64,000 nt of DNA from an uncultured Acidobacteriota bacterium (GTDB lineage: Bacteria > Acidobacteriota > UBA6911). Below, piece after piece: positions 28,661 to 38,642 of the stretch. The translations under genes and the position numbers were made by a program. Location of the stretch: assembly GCA_963843575.1 (NCBI GenBank), contig CAWJKZ010000021.1:341006-405005 (forward strand), written 5' to 3'. Position 1 is the stretch's first letter; each line of letters opens with the position of its first letter. The notes below the pieces were generated by a model that was not told where the DNA came from, made no database searches, and saw only the letters and a list, made by a program, of their open reading frames with translations.

Positions 28661-30605
28661 ATGAAGCTGACATTTCACGGGCGAGTCGTGGAGTTCCGGT
28701 GGAGATCCGAATCTGAGGATCGGGACAAACTCGAACTCCTGCCCGATGCTCCTGTGCTGCAGCTATCGCTCAAATCAGATCCAGATGCGATGGCGGTGGT
28801 GCGACGTTTGCTCGCCGAGCGGGGCTTGCGCCAGGACGTCGGCAGCCAGGACGACGATCAGGTCATCCGGCAGATCCTGCGGTTGCACGATACCAAAGAG
28901 CTCATCCTGAGCCACACCCTGCGGCCATACATCATTGTCGATCGTGGGCAGGTGAAGCCCGAACCGCCCCCCCCAAAGCCGACACCGCCGCCCAAGCCGC
29001 CTGACGACAAAAGAGTTGTCGAATACGAGTTGGTCGAACTGGTCGAGGTCGTGACGCAGGCCAAAGAGAAATGGGTTAAAGGTCCTGCCATGGACACCAC
29101 GGACACGGCGGTGATCGCGGAAAGCGTCGAAAGAAAGGACAAGGACGGTACCCATTTCAAGCAGTTCATCAATCTCAGCAAGGACCTGGAGGGCCAGCCG
29201 AAGCGGCACCCCGAGTTCGGCCGCGAAATCACATTTCGTGCCCGCGTCAGGCAAAAGGACGGGCTGAAGGACAAGCTGGCGGGGGTCAAAGTCAACTTCA
29301 GCCATTCACGCACGGACGGCCCAAACAGGTCCAATCCGGCAGCTCCGAATCCTGGAGTCTGGACGGGAGCTGCACTGACCGGAAATCAGAAGGAGGGCTT
29401 CAACCGGGCAAATGGCGATGCCACGACGACAGGGCAAACCGACAGTCAAGGCTGGACAGGCGTGGTCTCGTTCCATGTCTCCATGTTTGGCGGGGACCGC
29501 TTCGAAATCAAAGCCGAGTTGGCGCCTGGAACGCTCGGCGCACAAGGGGTAGCCCCGATCAAGACCAAAGCCCAGTATGTGGTCTGGCGGAAGTTCTGGT
29601 ATCAACTCACTCATGCTACTGGATACAACCCGCCGCAACCCAATAGCGCCGAACAAGCCTATACCGAAGTCTTTGGCGGCATGACCAAGGCGAATGTGAA
29701 GACCTTCTCCAAGACGGACTTGCCGGCAGACCTGCAGGACCGGACCTTTCTCAAGGAGTACATGGTCAAGCAGGGCGCCGCCAGCGGGGATCGCCGCCAT
29801 CGGTGCTCACAACAAACAAGAATTTGCCAAGATGTTGACGAGCGAGCCCGACCATCCACTGAAGGCGCACCTGATTGTCTGTCAATATCAATGTGATCCG
29901 GCAGCCCCGTCTGCATTGGGCATCTTTTCCTTGACCGCGAACGGCCAGGCCATAACTCTCACCAAGGGTTCGGGCGGTTCGATTGTGAGCAAGCCCGCCC
30001 TGAAGGCCGGCGCGAACCTGGTTATTGTTGGCGAGTGGGCCACTGTCCAGACGCCATGGACCAAGGGTGGTGACATCGGCGATGCGAATATCGAAATCGA
30101 TTCAGGCAGAGCCAGCACCCTCAGCGTAAAGATCAACTTGCCGCCAGGAGCTCCCGCGCCTTCGGACGCAGCCAAGGTCTACGTCAAGCTGCAGGTGCAG
30201 ACCTGCGCGAGTTACCTGGGCGAATCATTCGGCAAAGGGCAGATTCTGGTCGTCTATCGACCGTCGGCAGCCGCTGGAAGCCAGGGGAGCGAGGTGGACT
30301 ACAACGATACGGTTGCCCACGAGCTCGGCCACATGTGGAATCAAACACCTGTCCCCGCGAAGCAGCCGAATTCGATGAATGACCATCCTCTGCAGTATGT
30401 CGGGCACGGCGGCCAGGGCCCCCACTGCCGGCACGGAGCGACGGTAGCGGCCGGCGCCGTCAACTGGCAGGACAAAACACAGGAGACACCCAGTCCGAAG
30501 GCCGGAGACTGCATCATGTATCACAGTTTCAGCAGGGCTTGCAGCCACAAGTTCTGCCTTACGTGCACTCCCTATCTACAGCTCCAGGACATGTCATCCA
30601 TGTAG
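28661..30605 (+). CDS. candidate T6SS effector with C-terminal HEXXH zinc metallopeptidase; split by a frameshift at about 29787
   Basis: Removing one G from GGGG at 29786-29789 joins ORFs 28661..29896 and 29832..30605 into 647 aa (..KQGAASGIAAIGAHNK..). AHELGH at 30315-30332, later His and a CIMY Met-turn-like motif. Confidence 0.7.
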
Positions 30606-30654
30606 CGGACATGCCCAGCAGCGTCTGTTTTGCATAGAAACAGCGAGCCTGAAT

Positions 30655-31686
30655 ATGACTTCGACACGCGAGATTGTGGAGAAGGTGCTGAATTTCGGCG
30701 ACAAGGAGTTTTTTGCCGCTGATGCTTCAGTCCTGTCTCCCCGGGAAGCCCAGCTGCTTGAATTGGACTTCTCGGGAGTGGCTGCAAATGCACCTCGCCG
30801 GATCGTAATCAGCGACCATGGGAAGCTTCCCCTGATCATGGCCTTGAGGTGCAGCGGTGAGAGAGACTGGGACGTGGACCTCACAGACAATTGCATGCTG
30901 GTCGCGACGAATCTCCTGGACGGCACCGTGCGCGTGACCAACGCCCTGCTGACCGAAAAGGACCTGACGAGCAGAGGCGGCAGAATCAGAGCGGAAAAGG
31001 GGCCAAAGCCCGCGGGATTGGCGGAGGTATCATCCCAACTGACCGAAATTGATGTCAGAAGACGACTGAATCTTGAATGGAAGGCCGGGACCTGGGCCCT
31101 CGGCGTCGCCTATTTCGATTGGCCGTCCAACACGGTGGTTGTGCAACTGGAAGGCGGCAGCCCCGCCCCCAATGGGCCGGTGCGGCCTGTTCGTCCTTCT
31201 TACAACCCGGCCGCGCTCAGTGCGATGAAGCAGGCAGGAAAGTCTCTGCCCAGCTATTACCCGACAACCGAAACGCCTGCGTCTCCCGAATCCGGAGTCA
31301 CCTTTGGGGTCGATTTCCGGATGAAGCAGGGCCGGCAAAGCCTGGTTGTGACTGCGTCGTTCGCAGTTCCGGTCAAGGAATTTCACATTCCCAAACAAGA
31401 GATCGTCCATGAATATCAGGATGGCCGGCGGGAAAAGGTTCAGGCAATCCTACCTGTGACCCTGGCCATGCTGAAACTCGACCACGTGTGGCCGTGGCAG
31501 TTCGATTGGGCCGTTCCCGTTTACGGGGAACCATCAGCCATAGGAACGATCGCCCGCGGTTATTTCGCCATAGATGCCCTTGCTTCGGAGGATTCTCCCC
31601 TCAGCGCCGGCTCTTACGTCTGCTATATCGTCGCCGACGGCAGGATTTTCGGCCCAAGGAAGTTCCAGGTTCCGGAAAACCGGTGA
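30655..31686 (+). CDS. hypothetical protein, candidate immunity paralog A (no signal peptide)
   Basis: Directly follows the metallopeptidase gene and is clearly homologous to the next gene. Confidence 0.7.
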   Translation: MTSTREIVEKVLNFGDKEFFAADASVLSPREAQLLELDFSGVAANAPRRIVISDHGKLPLIMALRCSGERDWDVDLTDNCMLVATNLLDGTVRVTNALLTEKDLTSRGGRIRAEKGPKPAGLAEVSSQLTEIDVRRRLNLEWKAGTWALGVAYFDWPSNTVVVQLEGGSPAPNGPVRPVRPSYNPAALSAMKQAGKSLPSYYPTTETPASPESGVTFGVDFRMKQGRQSLVVTASFAVPVKEFHIPKQEIVHEYQDGRREKVQAILPVTLAMLKLDHVWPWQFDWAVPVYGEPSAIGTIARGYFAIDALASEDSPLSAGSYVCYIVADGRIFGPRKFQVPENR

Positions 31687-31703
31687 ACAGGGGGCCCTCA
31701 CTG

Positions 31704-32828
31704 ATGAGAAAGGAGCTTCTGCTATTTTTAGTTTTGATATGCGCGATACCCCAGGAACATAGCACGGCACCCGTGTCCGCGATTCTTTCGAAGATATTGA
31801 ACCTCAGCGAAAGCGAGTATTTTTCCGCAGACCCATCGGCCTTGAGTCCGCGGGAGTCGCAGTTACTGGGCATGAACTTCGTCGGTGTGGCGGTGAACGC
31901 TCCGAGCCACATCGACACTGAGCGTCATGACCGCCTGCCCTTGATCATGGCCGTTCGCTGCAGCGGCGAGAGGGACTGGGACCTGACTCTGCGAGACAAC
32001 TGCATCCTCCTGGCTTCAAACCTGCAGGACGGCACGGTAGAGTTGGCGCCTGCTTTTGCGACTGACAAGACTCCCAGCGTCGAACCAGGAGCAAAGAGGG
32101 GGCCCAGACCGGCCGGGCTGGCAGAAGTTGCCGCCCAGCTGACTGAACTGGATGTGCGCCGCCTGATAGACCTCGACTGGAACAGCGGAACCTGGGCCCT
32201 GGGTGTGATCTACTACGACTGGCCGTCCAACATCGCATTGGTGGAGCTGAAGGGCCGGAAACCCCTGCGGCCCGCACAGTCACGGCCTGTATCTCCTGCG
32301 CCCGATCCGGCGACCGGCACGCGCGCAACTGCGTCAAGGAATGGCTGTGCGGCTCTGCCGTGTTATTTCCCGACGCCTAGAACCCCGGAGGCGCCCGCGT
32401 CGGGCACCTCCTTCCTCCTCGAGTATCGGGCCGAGGATGGACGGAAGAGCCTGATCGTATTCGGGACATTTGAAATCAGAACCCGACCCTTCCATCTGCC
32501 TGGGCGACGCATAATCCATCGTTTCCAGAATGGGCGGAAGGAGACTGTGAGCGCAGCGGTGCCTGTGACTCTTGCGGTGCTGTCGGCGAATGCGACCGTG
32601 CCGTTGCAGTTCGATTGGGTCGTACCCATCTACGGCCGGCAACCCAAGGTCGGCACAGCCGCCCGAGGCTTTCTTGCCGTCGACGCACTCGCCACAAGTA
32701 ACAGGACGGGGGAGTTGGACCCTGGCCGATATGTGGCTTACCTCATCGTCGACGGCAGGATCAGCGGGCCGCAGGCTTTCGAGGTGCCGGGCGAACCAGG
32801 CGGGGTTGGTCAAGCCCCACCCCGGTAG
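31704..32828 (+). CDS. hypothetical exported protein, candidate immunity paralog B
   Basis: Signal-like MRKELLLFLVLICA; shares LPLIMA.RCSGERDWD, PAGLAEV, GTWALGV.Y.DWPSN and QFDW.VP.YG with 30655..31686. Confidence 0.7.
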   Translation: MRKELLLFLVLICAIPQEHSTAPVSAILSKILNLSESEYFSADPSALSPRESQLLGMNFVGVAVNAPSHIDTERHDRLPLIMAVRCSGERDWDLTLRDNCILLASNLQDGTVELAPAFATDKTPSVEPGAKRGPRPAGLAEVAAQLTELDVRRLIDLDWNSGTWALGVIYYDWPSNIALVELKGRKPLRPAQSRPVSPAPDPATGTRATASRNGCAALPCYFPTPRTPEAPASGTSFLLEYRAEDGRKSLIVFGTFEIRTRPFHLPGRRIIHRFQNGRKETVSAAVPVTLAVLSANATVPLQFDWVVPIYGRQPKVGTAARGFLAVDALATSNRTGELDPGRYVAYLIVDGRISGPQAFEVPGEPGGVGQAPPR

Positions 32829-32901
32829 GCCGAAACAGAGAGGCCGCGGTGCGGCTCTGCCGAGAGGGCGCTTCCGAGATTATCCCGGATCGTTGCCCGA
32901 A

Positions 32902-32952
32902 GGTCGGCGCCGAGGCGCCGACCAGAAAGCGGCGTCGAGCCGCCGCACTCCA
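32902..32952. repeat. REP-like palindromes between convergent genes
   Basis: Perfect hairpin GGTCGGCGCC-GA-GGCGCCGACC, then AAAGCGGCGTCGAGCCGCCGCACTCCA, which is related to 38509-38623. Confidence 0.6.
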
Positions 32953-32954
32953 GA

Positions 32955-35681
32955 TTAAAACCGCAAGTCGAAGTTGTTTTCCGGGGTCAAACCCACCATC
33001 ACAGAATCGCCCAGCGTCCCCGTGCCCATGCGCTGCAGGATCTCGGTGGAGATCAGCGGCAGCAGGGTGCCGTTGAGGATGTGGTCGATGTTCCGCGCAC
33101 CCGATTCGACCTCCGTGCAGCGCTGCGACACGAGTTCCACGACGGCCGGGTCATAGCCGAACTTCATCCGGTGGCTCTCCGCGAGCCGCTTGCCGATCTG
33201 GTTCAGCTTCAACGCGACGATCGATTTCATCGCGTCCATCGAGATGGGGTAGAACGGCACGACCGTCATGCGCCCCAGCAGCGCGGGCTTGAAGTGCTTG
33301 ATCAGCGCCGGGCGGATCGCGTTCATGATCTCGTCCACCTCGGGCCGCACCGGGCCGCCCGCCATCGAGGTGATCGTGTCCGAAGCGAGGTTGCTGGTGA
33401 GCAGGATTATCGTGTTCTTGAAATCCACGACGCGCCCCTCGCCGTCGGAGAGCATCCCCTTGTCGAAGACCTGGTAAAAGAGGTTCAGCACCTCCGGGTC
33501 CGCCTTCTCCACCTCGTCGAGCAACACCACCGAGTACGGCCGCTGGCGCACGGCCTCGGTCAGGACACCGCCCTCCCCATAGCCGACATAGCCCGGAGGG
33601 GAGCCGATCAAGCGGGACACCGTGTGCTTTTCCTGGAACTCCGACATGTTGATCGTGACCATGAAGCGCTCGCCGCCAAACAGCAGGTCGGCCAGCCCCA
33701 GTCCCGATTCGGTCTTCCCGACGCCGCTCGGTCCCACGAGGAGGAAGACACCGATCGGCGTTTTAGGGTTTTGCAGCCCCGCCTTCGCGGCCCGGAGGCC
33801 TCGGCCGATGGCTTCAATCGCGTGATCCTGCCCCTTGATGCGTTCTCGCAGCCGGTCCTCGAACTCCAGGACCGCATGCGCGTCGTCGCGCACCATCTTG
33901 CCCAGCGGGATACCCGTCCAGTCCGACACCACGCGGGCGATCACCTCTCCGTCCACCTCGGTCCGGATGAACGGGTTCTTCCCCTGCACCTCGCGCAGCT
34001 GCGCCAGCGCGGTTTCCAGCTCCTGTTTCAGCGTGGCGGGATCCTGCGCGGGCACGGCGGCCGGGGCGGGGGCGGCAGCCAGGGCGGCTCCCGCGGAGGC
34101 GGCCGCGATCGGAGGGGCTTCGTTTGGCGCAGGCGGGTTGGCGGCGGTTTTCGCGGCTTCGTCGATCTTGCCGCGCAGCTCGAGTACGCGGTCGACGCAC
34201 TCCTTTTCGCGCAACCAGCGGCTCTCGAGGTCGGAGGCCTGGCCCTTTGCTTTTTCAATGCTCTGCTTGAGGTCTCCGATCCGGACCGGGTCGACCGCCA
34301 CGCCCGCGGCCAGGTCTCTCTCCAGGGCGCCCAGTTCGCGTTCGAGCGTCTGGATGCGGCGCTGCGCGTCCTCGATCTCGTAGGGGCGGGCTGAAATCCC
34401 TATGTGGACGCGTGCGGCGCACGTGTCGAGCAGGTCGACCGCCTTGTCCGGCAGCTGCCGGCCGGAGATGTACCGGCTGGACAGCTTCACCGACTCCACC
34501 ACGGCCTCGTCGAGGATCCGCACCTTGTGCGAAGCCTCGTACTTGTCGCGCAGGCCGCGCAGCATAAGGACCGTCGCCTCCTCGCCCGGTTCGTCAAGCT
34601 TCACCAGCTGGAACCTGCGGGCGAGCGCCGGGTCCTTCTCGAAGTATTTCTTGTATTCGGACCAGGTGGTTGCCGCGATGGTGCGCAGTTCTCCGCGGGC
34701 CAGTGCAGGTTTGAGAAGGTTGGCGGCGTCGCCGCCGCCGGCCGCGCCTCCGGCCCCGATCATCGTGTGGGCTTCGTCGATAAACAGGATGATCGGCTTG
34801 GGCGACTCCTTGACCTCGGTGATGACGGCCTTCAGCCGGTTTTCAAACTCGCCTTTGACGCCGGCCCCGGCCTGGAGGAGTCCGAGATCGAGCCCGAGCA
34901 GCTCGACCCCCGAAAGGATCGACGGGACGTCCCCTTCGACGATGCGCAGCGCGAGCCCTTCCACGACTGCCGTCTTGCCGACCCCGGCTTCCCCCACGAC
35001 AATCGGGTTGTTCTTCCTCCTGCGGCCGAGGATATCGATCATCTGCCGGATCTCCCGGTCGCGCCCAAACACCGGGTCGATTTCGCCGGCGCGAGCGCGG
35101 CCTGTGAAATCGAGTGTGAAACGGGCGAGGGCGGATTCGCCGTCCGTGCGGCGCGCCCCGGCAACCTGCGGTGCCCCGCCCGGTGCCGCTCCTTCGGCCG
35201 GAGCGTCCTCGGGAGACCCGGCGACGATCGTGAGGAGTTTCTTGCGCAGCTCGTCCTTGGCAACCTTGTCGAGGAGATCCACAAAGGCGCCGCTGGTATA
35301 GCGGGACGGGCGGTCGACCAGGCAGGCGATCAGGACTCCTGAACGGATTTCGGCCAGGCCGAACTCGAGCGAACCCATCAGCCAGCCGTCCTGGAACCAC
35401 TCGATGAGCATCGGCGAGAAGACGGGCCTCCCGGCGTTGCCGCTGCGCAGGTCCTCGACGGCGCGCTGCACCGCCTTCTGGAAGCGGGCGGGCTCGATTT
35501 CGAAATGCCGCAGGATGTGCTGCAGGTCCCCGTTCGGGTCCTCGCACATCTTCACCAGAAGGTGTTCGACCGTGACCTCGTAGTGGCCCCGCGAAACGCA
35601 GATGCCGGCCGCCCCTTCCAGGGAGCGGCTGCAGAACCGGTTCAAGCGACGCAACAGCGATTTGATCTCAACGCCTATCAT
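32955..35681 (-). CDS. tssH: T6SS AAA+ ATPase ClpV
   Basis: Clp-N domain (EHLL), GEAGVGKT and GPSGVGKT Walker A motifs, RRFQ, LIGSPPGYVG; real start MIGVEIK at 35681. Confidence 0.97.
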   Translation of the reverse strand: MIGVEIKSLLRRLNRFCSRSLEGAAGICVSRGHYEVTVEHLLVKMCEDPNGDLQHILRHFEIEPARFQKAVQRAVEDLRSGNAGRPVFSPMLIEWFQDGWLMGSLEFGLAEIRSGVLIACLVDRPSRYTSGAFVDLLDKVAKDELRKKLLTIVAGSPEDAPAEGAAPGGAPQVAGARRTDGESALARFTLDFTGRARAGEIDPVFGRDREIRQMIDILGRRRKNNPIVVGEAGVGKTAVVEGLALRIVEGDVPSILSGVELLGLDLGLLQAGAGVKGEFENRLKAVITEVKESPKPIILFIDEAHTMIGAGGAAGGGDAANLLKPALARGELRTIAATTWSEYKKYFEKDPALARRFQLVKLDEPGEEATVLMLRGLRDKYEASHKVRILDEAVVESVKLSSRYISGRQLPDKAVDLLDTCAARVHIGISARPYEIEDAQRRIQTLERELGALERDLAAGVAVDPVRIGDLKQSIEKAKGQASDLESRWLREKECVDRVLELRGKIDEAAKTAANPPAPNEAPPIAAASAGAALAAAPAPAAVPAQDPATLKQELETALAQLREVQGKNPFIRTEVDGEVIARVVSDWTGIPLGKMVRDDAHAVLEFEDRLRERIKGQDHAIEAIGRGLRAAKAGLQNPKTPIGVFLLVGPSGVGKTESGLGLADLLFGGERFMVTINMSEFQEKHTVSRLIGSPPGYVGYGEGGVLTEAVRQRPYSVVLLDEVEKADPEVLNLFYQVFDKGMLSDGEGRVVDFKNTIILLTSNLASDTITSMAGGPVRPEVDEIMNAIRPALIKHFKPALLGRMTVVPFYPISMDAMKSIVALKLNQIGKRLAESHRMKFGYDPAVVELVSQRCTEVESGARNIDHILNGTLLPLISTEILQRMGTGTLGDSVMVGLTPENNFDLRF

Positions 35682-35701
35682 GGTGTCCTCGTTCTTCCCT
35701 T

Positions 35702-36769
35702 TTACGACCCGCCGGCGGACGCCGTCTCGGGCCAGGGGAATTGAGTTTGGGGCATTTGGGAATGGGGCTGGTTGAATACCACCGCCGTGGTGCTGGGTGC
35801 ACCGGGCAGCCAGCCCGTCCATCCCAACCGTTGGGGCGATACGCTCGAAAGCTGCAGCGGCGGAACCTCGTCGGCCGCGATCTGGACCTCGATGTCGAAA
35901 TCCAGCCTGTCTCCGACCAACAGCCGCGTGAGGTTGACCATCCCGGCGTAGTCCTCGCCGACGGGGGTGAAGCGCCGGAAGGTGCGCAACGGCACGGGGC
36001 CGACCCTGATCCGGAATTTGCCGCTGCGGTCCCGCACGCGGCCCCCCACGATCAGGTCGCGCCCGAGCGTACAGTTCCGTCCCCCGATCCGGTTCCGCTG
36101 CGACTCCTCGATCGTGACCCAGCGGGGGCGGCACTGCTCGATCTCGAGGCACTGCACCCCGAAATAGTCGCGCAACACGCCCGCGATGCTGGCGGCCGAG
36201 CGGGGCCGCTGCGTGATCAGCCCCGCGTAGCGGAGCAGGCGCACGGCCGGGAGACCGGCCGCATTGGCGAGCTCGGCCGTGCCCAGACCGATCAGCGAGT
36301 AGACGCGCTGGGAGAACACGTCCGCGCCGCGGTGCCGGAACTGGACGTCGTAGCGGTATTTCTGCCACGTCCGGAACAGGAGCGAAAACGCGCGGTGGTG
36401 GAAGATGTCCAGGAAGTCGCGGACCGCGGCCTGGTCGTTTTCCTTCCAGATCAGGTCCTCGGTGTAGAACGTGGGGAGAGGGGAGTCGGAGCTGTAGAGC
36501 CCGAGAAACGAAGTGGTGACCCGGAATCGCTCGTCGTCGCGGGACCCGCCCGTGCGGGCGATCTCCTGGACGTCCGATGCCGGGAAGGTCATGGACACCG
36601 CTGGACGGATCCGGACCTTCTCTTGCCCGGCCGGACCCTCGTATCCGAGGGGCGCGCTCCCCGTGTAGCGCAGCAGCAGCTGGACCGCCTGGAAGAACGA
36701 GAAGGCGTGTGGCCTCTCCAGGAGCTCCTGCATCAGGCCAAGATTTGTCGTCCGAGTCTCGGTGGCCAT
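35702..36769 (-). CDS. tssG: T6SS baseplate subunit TssG
   Basis: FSFFQAV.LL, FLGLY...SPLP..Y, DFLDIFHHR, LGW..WL. Confidence 0.95.
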   Translation of the reverse strand: MATETRTTNLGLMQELLERPHAFSFFQAVQLLLRYTGSAPLGYEGPAGQEKVRIRPAVSMTFPASDVQEIARTGGSRDDERFRVTTSFLGLYSSDSPLPTFYTEDLIWKENDQAAVRDFLDIFHHRAFSLLFRTWQKYRYDVQFRHRGADVFSQRVYSLIGLGTAELANAAGLPAVRLLRYAGLITQRPRSAASIAGVLRDYFGVQCLEIEQCRPRWVTIEESQRNRIGGRNCTLGRDLIVGGRVRDRSGKFRIRVGPVPLRTFRRFTPVGEDYAGMVNLTRLLVGDRLDFDIEVQIAADEVPPLQLSSVSPQRLGWTGWLPGAPSTTAVVFNQPHSQMPQTQFPWPETASAGGS

Positions 36770-38493
36770 TGGTAGACCTCGCCCTGCTTCACGCCGCGCA
36801 CGGTCAGCCTGGTAAACGAGTTGACCGAGGCATACAGGGCAAACAGCTCGTTGAGTATGGTCGAAAACAGGTACAGGTCGCCTTCGCCGGAGAAGCCGGT
36901 TTCCAGGAGGTCGAGTTCGATGGCGGTGCCGCGGATGGGCACGCCCTGGAAGAGCCAGTCCATCGGTGCGGAGCGCACGCGCTGAATCGCCTCGAGGTGG
37001 AGCTGGCTCTCACGCGCAGCCTGGCGATCGACCAGCGCGTGAAAGTTGTAGACCTCCAGGACCGACCGCAGGGCGTCGGCGCTCACCAGGCTCAGATAGT
37101 TCAGCGCCAGGTGCGAGAGCAGCCGCCAATGCAGCCCCTTGTCCAGCGGCGGCCGCACCGAGGCGGTCACCCCCGTGATGTTGCGGAAGGTCGAATACTC
37201 GGGTGACTGCTGCGTGGCCGCGCTGATGTCGCCGATGCGCAGCAGCTCAGGGAGTCTCCGGTTAGTGCAGGTGAGGTCGAGAGAAACGGTCTCCGCGGGG
37301 GGAAGGACGTGCGCCTCCTGTTCCGAGACGAACGCGATGAACGAGTCCGTGCCTTCGCCGGCCACCGAGCCGCGCAGCCGGACCTGGTAATAGATCGGCT
37401 CGCGTGCCGCGTCTACGTCGTGGGTGAACGAGTAAAACGGCGCGTACTCCCGCGGCCGGGCCTGACCCTGGATCCAGCCGAAGACCTTGTCGACCGAGTA
37501 TATCTCGTAGTGCTGCGCGTCGACCGACCCCGGCCGCACGCGGTACTCCACGCGGTCGTGCTCCAGACGAATCGGGTCGGCGGTGTGGCTGAACAGGTTG
37601 ACGGCGGGGGTACAGAACAGCCGGAAGTTCTCGCCCGATACCCTGGGGGGCTTATCGACCGTCCTCTTGAAGCGGAATTGGACCTCGAACTTCCGCCCGG
37701 TCTGTAGGTCCGCGGCGCGTCCCAAACCCGAAAGGTCAACGAAGCCGAACTTGGACGGGAGCGCGAAATACTCCTGCAGCAGGCGAAAGCCGGAAAAGGA
37801 ACTCTGAGGGTAGGGGAGGAGCGCGTCCTCCTCTGCGAATCCCGCCGCCCGCAGGGCGGTGGCCGGCAGCGTCATTTGCTGGCTGGGGCGGCCTTCGAGG
37901 AAACCCTGGATCACGATCTCCTGCAGATTCCGGGTGAGCCAAAGGTACAGCAGGTTCGAAAGCTCGGGCTCGCCGTGCAGGAAGAGCCGGAGCCGGCCGA
38001 TGTTCAGCTGTTTGAACTGAACCCCTTCGCCGAGCTGCAAGGCGAGCCTCAGGGTCACCGGGGAACCGGCCTTTTCCTCGAGCTCTGCGCCAGCCACTTC
38101 GAGCGGGTAAAGATCGACCCCGTAGCAGGTCTGGAACCGGCAGCGCGTCCCCTCGACTGGAACCGAGGCGATCTCGGTACCGCGGGGGATGGGGGCGCGC
38201 TCGCGCACGGCGTTGGCCACGGGCCGGAACTCCACGATAGTCATGCTTGGGATCGGCCGCAGGTAGTGCGGCCAGAGCAGGCTCAGCAGCCCGTGGGTCA
38301 CCTCAGGAAATTCGTCGTCGAGCTTCTGGCGGATGCGCCCGGTCAGGAAGGCGAATCCTTCGAGCATACGCTCGACATCCGGGTCGCTGCCGCGCTCGGC
38401 CAGCATGTGCGCGAGGGCAGGGTAGGCCTGGGAAAACTCCCGCCCCATCTCCCGCAGAAACGTCAACTCGTCCTGGTAGTACTTGTTGAACAT
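36733..38493 (-). CDS. tssF: T6SS baseplate subunit TssF
   Basis: YYQDELTFLRE, DPDVERMLEGFAFL, LLQEYF, CTPAVNLF, WRLLSHL.LNY, NSFT. Confidence 0.97.
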   Translation of the reverse strand: MFNKYYQDELTFLREMGREFSQAYPALAHMLAERGSDPDVERMLEGFAFLTGRIRQKLDDEFPEVTHGLLSLLWPHYLRPIPSMTIVEFRPVANAVRERAPIPRGTEIASVPVEGTRCRFQTCYGVDLYPLEVAGAELEEKAGSPVTLRLALQLGEGVQFKQLNIGRLRLFLHGEPELSNLLYLWLTRNLQEIVIQGFLEGRPSQQMTLPATALRAAGFAEEDALLPYPQSSFSGFRLLQEYFALPSKFGFVDLSGLGRAADLQTGRKFEVQFRFKRTVDKPPRVSGENFRLFCTPAVNLFSHTADPIRLEHDRVEYRVRPGSVDAQHYEIYSVDKVFGWIQGQARPREYAPFYSFTHDVDAAREPIYYQVRLRGSVAGEGTDSFIAFVSEQEAHVLPPAETVSLDLTCTNRRLPELLRIGDISAATQQSPEYSTFRNITGVTASVRPPLDKGLHWRLLSHLALNYLSLVSADALRSVLEVYNFHALVDRQAARESQLHLEAIQRVRSAPMDWLFQGVPIRGTAIELDLLETGFSGEGDLYLFSTILNELFALYASVNSFTRLTVRGVKQGEVYQWPPRLGRQILA

Positions 38494-38508
38494 AGGAGCT
38501 TATCGCTG

Positions 38509-38623
38509 TGGAGTGCGGCGCCGCGGCGCCGCTTTCCGCTTATGCTCTGAGGCCGAAATGCCCGGCACCTCGGCGCCACCCGAATGACCAGATCGCGACG
38601 TGGCGTCGAGCCACCGCACTTCG
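38509..38623. repeat. REP-like inverted repeat pair between tssE and tssF
   Basis: TGGAGTGCGGCG..GCCGCTTT at left and GGCGTCGAGCCACCGCACT at right; same family as 32926-32952. Confidence 0.6.
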
Positions 38624-38642
38624 AAATGTCGGGCAACCGTAA

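Noticed and set aside
35682-36368. Apparent 229-aa N-terminal extension of ClpV
   Set aside because: Overlaps tssG in another frame; the Clp-N domain and RBS begin at 35681
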